Notes: generated by a model from the sequence alone, not told the origin. A stretch of DNA of 24,000 nucleotides from an uncultured Anaeroplasmataceae bacterium (GCA_910584005.1 CAJTXR010000002.1:83681-107680); one strand, 5' to 3'; numbered from the stretch's first letter, positions 1 to 7,187 are shown. Translations and numbers: made by a program.

Positions 1-122
1 TTCTGAAAGAAATAATGAGTTGATTCTTAAGTTTTAAAAGAGTTAAATAATTGATAGCTTGTATTAATTTACAGGCTTCTTTTTTTGACAATAATTTTAT
101 TTTGAAATTTTTATGAATTATA

Positions 123-151
123 TTGAATTTATTTTAATTGTAGTGTATAAT
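123..151 (+). promoter_or_regulatory. Putative SigA promoter of the first operon: TTGAAT (123-128), 17-nt spacer, TATAAT (146-151)
   Basis: Near-consensus boxes with ideal spacing, about 25 nt upstream of the ATG at 176, with an RBS (AAGGAGG) at 161-167. Confidence 0.6.
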
Positions 152-175
152 ATAAGTATAAAGGAGGTAGAAATC

Positions 176-553
176 ATGTTAGAGTTTTTTGAATATGATC
201 AGTTATCTGGCTTTGCAAGCATCTATGATAGTCATATAACTTTGAATAAAACTCTTTTGAATTATTTAACAGATGCGTATCGAGTAAGAGTTGCGGTGAA
301 TAAAGAAAAAAATGAAATTCAAATTTACACAATTAATAAAGATTATGCATTGAGTGGAGAGTTAAATGAAGCATCCCTTTTGCCTGTTTCTATTTCTAAG
401 ACATATGCTAGAATATGTTCTAGACCTTTGATTGAGTATTTATCTAAGGCATTCAATCTAAGTATAGAAAAAAAAGAATTTAAAAGGTATCCAGCATGTT
501 ATAATAAAGAGAAAAAGGTAATAATAATTAATATGGAGAAAGAGGTGTCATAA
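176..553 (+). CDS. Hypothetical protein (about 125 aa), first gene of the rSAM/SPFH operon
   Basis: ORF track starts at 113, but an AAAGGAGGTAG RBS lies just before the ATG at 176 (codon 22). Stop overlaps the next start (TAATG). Confidence 0.75.
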   Translation: MLEFFEYDQLSGFASIYDSHITLNKTLLNYLTDAYRVRVAVNKEKNEIQIYTINKDYALSGELNEASLLPVSISKTYARICSRPLIEYLSKAFNLSIEKKEFKRYPACYNKEKKVIIINMEKEVS

Positions 554-996
554 TGGAAGCTTATATGGTATGGATATGGTTAGGGGTATTCATTATTACA
601 GTTATCATTGAGTCTTTGACGCAGGAATTAGTTTCTATTTGGTTTTCTTTAGGATCAGTTATTGCATTGATTTTATCTGCTTTTCCAAACATCAGTTGGT
701 ATGTGGAATTAGTTGTTTTTACAATTGTTTCACTTTTGACTCTTGCTTTAACAAGACCGTTCGTAAAAAAATTGTTGTTCAACGCAATCCGTTATACCAA
801 TGTAGATGAATTTGTCGGTAAAAGAGTCAAAGTGGTTTCTGACATTTCAAAGTTTGAAAATGGAGAAGTTAAAATCCATGATATAATTTATCATGCGAGT
901 TTAATGGAAGAAGAAACAGAAACCATCAAAAAAGATGAAATTGTAGAAATTGTTACTCTTAAGGGAAATAAAGTTATTGTGAAAAAAATTAATTAA
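553..996 (+). CDS. NfeD-family membrane protein (short form, N-terminal TM helices plus C-terminal OB-like domain)
   Basis: Hydrophobic N-terminal half, then VGKRVKVVSDISKFENGEVKIHDIIYHA...IKKDEIVEIVTLKGNKVIVKK, typical of the NfeD C-terminal domain. Sits directly before an SPFH gene, the classic pairing. Confidence 0.85.
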   Translation: MEAYMVWIWLGVFIITVIIESLTQELVSIWFSLGSVIALILSAFPNISWYVELVVFTIVSLLTLALTRPFVKKLLFNAIRYTNVDEFVGKRVKVVSDISKFENGEVKIHDIIYHASLMEEETETIKKDEIVEIVTLKGNKVIVKKIN

Positions 997-1016
997 TATA
1001 GGAGGAAGTTATATTT

Positions 1017-1976
1017 ATGGGATTAATTTTAGGAATCAATTCGGGTATTATTGCCGCAATTGTATTAAGTGTTTTAGGTTTAGTTATTTTAATTTTATTA
1101 ATTACAAGAATTAAAATTGTTCGTCAAACTCAAAAATTAATTATTGAAAGATTAGGGGCTTACCATGCCACTTGGTCAGTAGGGTTTCACTTTTTATTAC
1201 CTTTTATTGATCGTGTTGCTCAAGTAGTTTCTATGAAAGAACAGGTTAGTGACTTTGATCCTCAACCAGTAATTACAAAGGATAATGTTACTATGCAAAT
1301 TGATACGGTTGTTTTCTTTCAAATTACAGATCCAAAGTTATATTCATATGGTGTGGAAAACCCTATTGCAGCATTAGAAAATTTATCTTCAACGACTTTA
1401 CGTAATATCATTGGTGAATTAGATTTAGATGAAACCTTAACTTCACGTGATATTATAAATACAAAGATGCGTTCTATTTTAGATGAAGCTACAGATCCAT
1501 GGGGAATTAAAGTTAATCGTGTAGAGGTAAAAAACATTCTACCTCCAAAGGATATCCGGGAAGCAATGGAACGCCAAATGCGTGCAGAGCGTGAGCGTCG
1601 TGAGAAAATCTTATTAGCTGAAGGAGAAAAGCGGAGCCAAATTCTTCAAGCTGAAGGTGAAAGAGAATCTCAAATTTTAAGAGCTGATGCAGAAAAGCAA
1701 GCAATCATTAAAAAAGCAGAAGCTGAAGCAGAGTCTATTTTGAAAGTGAAATCTGCAGAAGCTGAAGGTGTTAGATTAACTCGTCAAGCTCAAGCGGATG
1801 GTTATAAAATGCTTGTTGAAGCAGGAGTAACAAAAGAAGTTTTAGCAATTAAATCATTTGAAACATTTGAAAAAGTATCTGATGGTCAATCTACAAAGAT
1901 TATTATCCCTTCTAATATGCAAGATTTAGCTTCTACAATTGCAGGAGTTGCTGAAGTTGTAAAAGACAAAAAATAA
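1017..1976 (+). CDS. SPFH/Band 7 (stomatin/prohibitin-like) membrane protein
   Basis: Single N-terminal TM, IVRQTQKLIIERLGAYHATWSVGFHFLLPFIDR, NVTMQIDTVVFFQITDP, RNIIGELDLDETLTSRD, and a charged heptad-like C-terminal coiled coil. RBS GGAGGAAG upstream. Confidence 0.92.
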   Translation: MGLILGINSGIIAAIVLSVLGLVILILLITRIKIVRQTQKLIIERLGAYHATWSVGFHFLLPFIDRVAQVVSMKEQVSDFDPQPVITKDNVTMQIDTVVFFQITDPKLYSYGVENPIAALENLSSTTLRNIIGELDLDETLTSRDIINTKMRSILDEATDPWGIKVNRVEVKNILPPKDIREAMERQMRAERERREKILLAEGEKRSQILQAEGERESQILRADAEKQAIIKKAEAEAESILKVKSAEAEGVRLTRQAQADGYKMLVEAGVTKEVLAIKSFETFEKVSDGQSTKIIIPSNMQDLASTIAGVAEVVKDKK

Positions 1977-1993
1977 ACTGCGGAGGGATATAC

Positions 1994-3346
1994 ATGAGAT
2001 TAGGTAAGTACTTAAAAGGGTGTAATGAGGTATATCATACCACATTTGATCCGCGAAAGACTAGTGCCATCCGAATTCATTTAGTTCCACCGAAAAAACC
2101 CAAGGCAGGCATACCTTGGGTTGTTGTCTTAAATGGATATGCTATTCTTCCTTTACAGACTTCATGGGCAATTTTATTAAAAGAATTTATGGAAGAGTTA
2201 AATGAAACAGATGGAATTGGTTTAACAGATGAGGATATAGATGAGCTGATTTCAAAAACGATTTTACGTGTGAAAAAGGTATTTACAAAGACAGATAAGG
2301 AAATCATAAAAAAAGATTTAGCTCAAATTGTTTTAACTTTAAAAGACGTTGCGTTTGGGAAAGAGCCAAACGAGGCTATTGGGTATATGAGCCTTTCTAC
2401 ATATGCAAAATATATGCAAGCTCCTCATCGCATGGATTTAATGGTTTCTGCAATGGAAAAAGAAGGTCAATGGCATTGCAATCAACATTGTCTTCATTGC
2501 TATGCTGCAAATGAAAAAAAGTCCAATGAAAAAGAATGCACAACAGATGAATGGAAACAAATGATTGATGCATGTAAAAAAGCATGTATTCCAGCTCTTA
2601 CGTTTACAGGTGGAGAAGCAACCTTGCGAGAAGATTTAGTAGAATTAATTAAATATTCACAATGGTTCGTTACTAGATTAAATACAAATGGGATTTTGTT
2701 AACAAAAAAATTATGTGAAGAATTATATGAGGCTAGCCTAGATAGTGTGCAAATTACTTTGTATTCTTTTGATCCTGCAATTCACAATACATTAGTTGGT
2801 GGAGATCACTTTAATCAAACTGTCTTAGGAATTAAAAATGCAATTGCTGCTGGGTTAGATGTGAGTATCAATACCCCTCTATGCAGTCTAAATCGTGAAT
2901 ATAAAAAAACGGTTCATTTTGCTGCGAGTCTTGGAGTTCATTATTTCTCTTGCTCAGGCTTAATTCCTACGGGAAATGCGAAACGCGATGAATCTAGTAT
3001 TACAGCTTTAAGTAAAGCAGATATTTTACAGGTAGTAAAGGATGCTGTTATTTACGGCAGAGATCATCAGTTGGATATCGCTTTTACATCTCCAGGCTGG
3101 ATCAAAGAAGCTGACTTAAAACAATTAAACCTTGTTGTACCATCTTGTGGGGCCTGTTTATCTAATATGGCCATTGCACCCAATGGAGATGTAATTCCCT
3201 GTCAGTCATGGTTAAATGGAATTACCTTAGGAAATATTTTGAAAAATGATTGGAAATCCATTTGGAATCATAAAGAATCATTACGAATACGGAATATGGC
3301 GAGTAAGACCCAACAAACTTGCTTGTTAAAACAGGAGGTAAAATAA
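1994..3346 (+). CDS. Radical SAM protein with reduced SPASM/twitch-like C-terminal domain; probable peptide/protein maturase
   Basis: WHCNQHCLHCYAA gives the CX3CX2C rSAM motif (Cys codons 2477-2500). LTFTGGEATLREDL is the GGE-type SAM-binding motif. C-terminal CGACLSNMAIAPNGDVIPC contains CX9GX4C. RBS GGAGGG before ATG. Confidence 0.92.
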   Translation: MRLGKYLKGCNEVYHTTFDPRKTSAIRIHLVPPKKPKAGIPWVVVLNGYAILPLQTSWAILLKEFMEELNETDGIGLTDEDIDELISKTILRVKKVFTKTDKEIIKKDLAQIVLTLKDVAFGKEPNEAIGYMSLSTYAKYMQAPHRMDLMVSAMEKEGQWHCNQHCLHCYAANEKKSNEKECTTDEWKQMIDACKKACIPALTFTGGEATLREDLVELIKYSQWFVTRLNTNGILLTKKLCEELYEASLDSVQITLYSFDPAIHNTLVGGDHFNQTVLGIKNAIAAGLDVSINTPLCSLNREYKKTVHFAASLGVHYFSCSGLIPTGNAKRDESSITALSKADILQVVKDAVIYGRDHQLDIAFTSPGWIKEADLKQLNLVVPSCGACLSNMAIAPNGDVIPCQSWLNGITLGNILKNDWKSIWNHKESLRIRNMASKTQQTCLLKQEVK

Positions 3347-4314
3347 TGAAAAAAATTTACTACTGTTTTTGTTTGGTTGTATTCTTGTTTTTAACCTCTT
3401 GTCAGGATAAAATAGAACCTCTAGATGAAATAGAAGAATATATAATTCATATAGCCCCAACAGAAGAAGGGAATCTTCAAATGAATTATAAAATTGTTTG
3501 GAAAGTTTTAAATTCAGAAAAAGAAGGGCCATTAGAGTGGGTAAAAATTGGTATTCCTAATTATCATATTCAATCTTTAACTAGTCAAAGTTCTTCTATA
3601 AAAGATATCAGTGTTTCCTCAGATGATGGTGCGTATGTTAGAATCAATTTAGATAGATCCTATTATGCAGAAGAAACAGTTACTATGGAGTTTTCTTTTC
3701 TTCAAACCCATATTTACTCCTTAAAAAAAGAAGAGGTACAATATCGGATTATTCCAGGCTGGTTTGATGAAATACAAGTTAAGCAATTAATCGTTTATTG
3801 GGAAAAGAAAGATGTTATAAGCGAGAATTCAAATTCAAATGATGATAAATATTATATTTGGAGTACTTCTTTAGATTTTGGAGAGAGCATTCAAGTGGAT
3901 ATACAGTATAATGCGTCATCCTTTACAAATTTATCAAAGAATAATGCGGTACCTAAGAATTACGATCAGTGGATTATTGTTGCAGTTGTAAGTATAATTT
4001 TATTATTTGTGGTTATTATTCTTATATTCAATTGGCTGAGAAGAGATGAGTATTATACTTATCGTGGGTTTAGTGGAAGAAATTTTCATCATCACCATTG
4101 GTGGTGGTACTCCTCAGGAGTGAATCATCATGGAGATCGTATTCAAGATCCAAGAATTATAAATCGGGGTTCATCTCATTCTGGTGGATCTTCTTGTGCC
4201 TGTGCTTGTGCATGTGCCTGTGCTGGTGGTGGAAGAGCAGGATGCTCAAGAAAAGATTTTTATTCTAATGATTCAGAAATGGACCAGTTACTTTCTAAAT
4301 TAAATCAAAAATAA
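3346..4314 (+). CDS. Predicted lipoprotein with one C-terminal-proximal TM helix and a cytoplasmic tail carrying HHHHWWW and (Cys-Ala)5-GGGRAGC; candidate rSAM substrate
   Basis: ORF track starts at TTG 3319; the better start is ATG 3346 after AGGAGGT. N-terminus MKKIYYCFCLVVFLFLTSC has a lipobox. TM WIIVAVVSIILLFVVIILIF is followed by NWLRR. Tail is SSCACACACACAGGGRAGCSRKDFY. Overlaps the rSAM stop (TAATG). Confidence 0.85.
   Translation: MKKIYYCFCLVVFLFLTSCQDKIEPLDEIEEYIIHIAPTEEGNLQMNYKIVWKVLNSEKEGPLEWVKIGIPNYHIQSLTSQSSSIKDISVSSDDGAYVRINLDRSYYAEETVTMEFSFLQTHIYSLKKEEVQYRIIPGWFDEIQVKQLIVYWEKKDVISENSNSNDDKYYIWSTSLDFGESIQVDIQYNASSFTNLSKNNAVPKNYDQWIIVAVVSIILLFVVIILIFNWLRRDEYYTYRGFSGRNFHHHHWWWYSSGVNHHGDRIQDPRIINRGSSHSGGSSCACACACACAGGGRAGCSRKDFYSNDSEMDQLLSKLNQK
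4195..4245 (+). repeat. Cys-Ala dipeptide repeat (5 copies) followed by GGGRAGC, inside the tailed lipoprotein CDS
   Basis: Read directly: TGT GCC TGT GCT TGT GCA TGT GCC TGT GCT GGT GGT GGA AGA GCA GGA TGC. Confidence 0.97.
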
Positions 4315-4329
4315 TTAGGAGAAAAACTT

Positions 4330-5097
4330 ATGGAAGTTTTAGTTGAATTCTTTGTAGAGATATTTTTAGAAATCTTTTTTGAGATTGGTGGAGTTGTAAT
4401 TTCTAAAATTGCCATTGATAAAAGAAAAAGAAAAATTACAAAGTATTGTATTTCCTTTTTTGTGTTTGCTTGTTGTTTATCTTTAATCATTTATTCTCTA
4501 ATTGTTAAAAAAATGTTATATGTTCAATTAGCTATGGCTTATTTTTTAGGATTATTGGTATGCTATATTTTAGAATTTATTAATAAAAATATGATTTACT
4601 CAAAAAAATTGGGAAAAGTTCTGCTTTACATTAAAAGAGGAATTCATTATGTATTTCCTATCCTTGTCATCACCCTCGTAAACATATATAAGACAGACCA
4701 ATCTGTATTGATTACCTGTTTAGCAGTTGTGGTACTTGTTTTGTATTTTGGAGTTATCCTTTACCGAATTACTTATCGCGATACATATTCTAATTTCAAA
4801 AGAAGAGCGAAAAAATTTCTTAAGGATTTTCAAGAATCTGAAGATGAAAAATATTTTGAATCCTTGCTGAAATTATCGGAAAAAAGTCCATCTTACCTGT
4901 TGAAATGGATAGAAGAATGTACGAAAAAAGAGGTAAATCCGATTTTAAAATTTATTATATTTAGTGAGAGATATTGTACACAAGAATTTTATGATGTTCT
5001 TCAAGATATAGCAGACAAGTATAATTTAAATATTGAAAGCGAATTATTAGAATTTAAAAATAAATTTATAGAAGAAAGTGAACCTGAAATTTATTAG
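4330..5097 (+). CDS. Multi-pass membrane protein of unknown function (about 4 TM) with a cytosolic C-terminal domain; last gene of the rSAM operon
   Basis: TM segments such as YCISFFVFACCLSLIIYSLIV, VQLAMAYFLGLLVCYILEFI, YVFPILVITLVNIY and VLITCLAVVVLVLYFGVILY. Only 15 nt from the previous CDS, with RBS TAGGAGAA. Confidence 0.75.
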   Translation: MEVLVEFFVEIFLEIFFEIGGVVISKIAIDKRKRKITKYCISFFVFACCLSLIIYSLIVKKMLYVQLAMAYFLGLLVCYILEFINKNMIYSKKLGKVLLYIKRGIHYVFPILVITLVNIYKTDQSVLITCLAVVVLVLYFGVILYRITYRDTYSNFKRRAKKFLKDFQESEDEKYFESLLKLSEKSPSYLLKWIEECTKKEVNPILKFIIFSERYCTQEFYDVLQDIADKYNLNIESELLEFKNKFIEESEPEIY

Positions 5098-5103
5098 CTT
5101 TAA

Positions 5104-5135
5104 AAAAAATCACTTTGAATTGAAAGTGATTTTTT
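5104..5135 (+). terminator. Rho-independent terminator closing the first operon
   Basis: Perfect 13-bp stem AAAAAATCACTTT / AAAGTGATTTTTT with a 6-nt loop, located just after the stop. Confidence 0.9.
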
Positions 5136-5206
5136 ATTTGTTTAGAAAAGTCGCTAAAAAAACAGCATTTATTTTTCAAAGTTCTTTTAAATTCATTGAT
5201 AAAAAA

Positions 5207-5235
5207 TGGTAAAATTTACCAAATTATGCTATAAT
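5207..5235 (+). promoter_or_regulatory. Putative promoter of the ibrA-like gene: extended -10 TGCTATAAT (5227-5235) with inverted repeat TGGTAA-AAT-TTACCA (5207-5221) over the -35 region
   Basis: Extended -10 matches consensus; the perfect 6-3-6 inverted repeat is where a repressor operator could sit. Confidence 0.5.
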
Positions 5236-5267
5236 AAAGTGAATTTTGTTCTAAAAGGAGCCGGTTT

Positions 5268-6587
5268 ATGAAAAAGAAATACTTAGATATTAATGTATAT
5301 GAAAGCCTATTAAATCGATTAAAATTCATTTTTGAGGAATTTGAGAATATCTTTGTATCTTTTTCAGGAGGAAAAGATAGCGGATTACTATTAGAACTGG
5401 TTTTAGACTTTCAAAAGAAGCATTACCCTCATCGCAAAATTGGTGTATTCCATCAGGACTTTGAAGCTCAATATTCCTACACAACAAAATATGTAGAAGA
5501 AACATTTGAACGAATCAAAGATGAAGCAGAGCTATATTGGGTATGCTTGCCAATGGCTACTAGAACAGCACTGAGTAATTATGAAATGTTTTGGTATCCT
5601 TGGGATGACAAAGCCAAAGATATATGGGTAAGACCTATTCCAAACCATGAATATGTAATTACTTTAGAAAATAATCCAATTACAACCTATAAGTATCGTA
5701 TGCATCAAGAAGATCTTGCGAAGCAATTTGGTAGATGGTATAAACTATCTCATGGGGATACATCAACCATCTGCTTATTAGGAATTCGAGCAGATGAATC
5801 CTTACAACGATATAATGGTTTTTTAAATAAAAAAAGAGGATATAAGCATAATTGTTATATTACTCAACAATTTAAAAATGTATGGTGTGCCTCTCCGCTT
5901 TATGATTGGAGTGTTCAGGATGTATGGCATGCGATTGCCAAAAATGGATATACCTATAATCAATTATATGATATGCTTTATTTGGCAGGAGTTAAACCAA
6001 CCCAAATGAGAGTAGCTTCTCCTTTTAATGATTACGCTAAGGATTGTCTAAATTTATATCGTGTGATAGAACCTGAAACATGGACTAAATTATTAGGTAG
6101 AGTTAAAGGCGTAAATTTTGCTTGTATATATGGACGGACAAAAGCCTTAGGATATCGCAATATTACACTGCCTGAAGGTCATACATGGGAATCTTATACA
6201 AAGTTTTTACTCTCCACATTGCCAAGAAGGATTAGGAACAATTATATTAAAAAATTTAAAACATCAATTGATTTTTGGCATACAATTGGTGGTGGTCTTG
6301 AAGAAGAAACAATTAAAGAGTTAGAGGAGCATGGATATTTAATTCGTAGAAATGGAGTTTCAAATTATACTATTTTTAGAAATTCTAGAATTGTATTTAT
6401 GTGTAAGATACCTGATCATACAGATGATATTAAATCCACAAAGGATATCCCTAGCTGGAAAAGAATGTGTTATTGTATATTGAAAAATGATCATATTTGC
6501 AGATCTATGGGATTTGGACTCACTCGAGATCAGCAAAATAAAATAAAAATGATAAAAGAAAAATATGATGGATTGGAGGAATTATAA
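5268..6587 (+). CDS. ibrA: IbrA-like PAPS reductase-family PP-loop protein (DUF3440-like)
   Basis: PP-loop motif FVSFSGGKDSGLLLELVLDF near the N-terminus; GHTWESYTKFLLSTLPRRIRNNY and the Cys-containing C-terminus resemble IbrA. Directly followed by an IbrB/ParB-like gene. Confidence 0.85.
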   Translation: MKKKYLDINVYESLLNRLKFIFEEFENIFVSFSGGKDSGLLLELVLDFQKKHYPHRKIGVFHQDFEAQYSYTTKYVEETFERIKDEAELYWVCLPMATRTALSNYEMFWYPWDDKAKDIWVRPIPNHEYVITLENNPITTYKYRMHQEDLAKQFGRWYKLSHGDTSTICLLGIRADESLQRYNGFLNKKRGYKHNCYITQQFKNVWCASPLYDWSVQDVWHAIAKNGYTYNQLYDMLYLAGVKPTQMRVASPFNDYAKDCLNLYRVIEPETWTKLLGRVKGVNFACIYGRTKALGYRNITLPEGHTWESYTKFLLSTLPRRIRNNYIKKFKTSIDFWHTIGGGLEEETIKELEEHGYLIRRNGVSNYTIFRNSRIVFMCKIPDHTDDIKSTKDIPSWKRMCYCILKNDHICRSMGFGLTRDQQNKIKMIKEKYDGLEEL

Positions 6588-7153
6588 TGGAGTTTAAAAG
6601 TCCTGTTTACAATATTAGATCGGTTCCGATTGAAAAGATTGATCCTAATGATTATAATCCAAATTCTGTTGCACCTCCAGAGATGAGGTTACTTTATGAT
6701 AGTATCAAAGAAGACGGATATACGATGCCAATTGTTTGTTACTATAATAAAGCTGAAGATCGTTATATTATAGTTGATGGGTTTCATCGCTATCGAGTAA
6801 TGCTTGAATATCAAGATATTTATGAAAGAGAAAAAGGATTACTCCCTGTATCTGTTATAGACAAGCCATTAGAAAAGAGGATGGCAAGTACAATTCGGCA
6901 TAATCGGGCTCGCGGGACTCATAATGTAGATTTAATGAGTAATATTATTAGTGAACTTCATGAACTTGGACGTTCTGATGCTTGGATTTCTAAGCATTTA
7001 GGAATGGAAAAGGATGAAATATTGCGTTTAAAACAAATCACGGGTCTTTCAAAATTATTTCAAGATGTTGAATTTGGAAAAAGTTGGATTCCTGAAGATG
7101 ATTTTGATATGAACTTTGAAAAAGAAGAAGAGTATTTAGTTGGAAGTAAATAA
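6587..7153 (+). CDS. ibrB: IbrB-like protein with ParB/sulfiredoxin-type N-terminal domain
   Basis: VPIEKIDPNDYNPN...LYDSIKEDGYTMPIVCYY...YIIVDGFHRYRV is the ParB N-terminal motif series. Start overlaps the ibrA-like stop. Confidence 0.85.
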   Translation: MEFKSPVYNIRSVPIEKIDPNDYNPNSVAPPEMRLLYDSIKEDGYTMPIVCYYNKAEDRYIIVDGFHRYRVMLEYQDIYEREKGLLPVSVIDKPLEKRMASTIRHNRARGTHNVDLMSNIISELHELGRSDAWISKHLGMEKDEILRLKQITGLSKLFQDVEFGKSWIPEDDFDMNFEKEEEYLVGSK

Positions 7154-7161
7154 AAAATAAA

Positions 7162-7187
7162 AAAAAGCCAATAACTGTTGGCTTTTT
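7162..7187. terminator. Bidirectional intrinsic terminator between the ibrB-like gene and the convergent tRNA genes
   Basis: Perfect 10-bp stem AAAAAGCCAA / TTGGCTTTTT with a 6-nt loop; T-tract on both strands. Confidence 0.85.

Noticed and set aside
1319-1704. Minus-strand ORFs (72 aa and 63 aa) inside the SPFH gene
   Set aside because: Fully nested opposite a confident CDS, with no RBS or family signature; expected by chance.
1562-1780. Repetitive AEGE/AEAE-rich stretch in the SPFH gene as a possible DNA repeat
   Set aside because: This is the normal heptad-like coiled coil of SPFH proteins.
2077-2585. Minus-strand ORFs (76 aa and 62 aa) inside the rSAM gene
   Set aside because: Antisense to a clear rSAM CDS with no independent support.
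3319-3345. Upstream TTG start of the tailed lipoprotein ORF
   Set aside because: It lies inside the rSAM coding end and places the RBS within the ORF; ATG 3346 follows AGGAGGT and yields a clean lipoprotein signal.
4195-4224. Possible DNA microsatellite or sequencing artefact (TGTGCN repeat)
   Set aside because: Alanine codons vary and the frame continues cleanly to a natural stop, so it is treated as a real protein repeat.
4305-4490. Minus-strand ORF rich in Lys/Thr/Ser
   Set aside because: Antisense shadow of the start of the membrane protein gene; composition reflects the hydrophobic sense strand.
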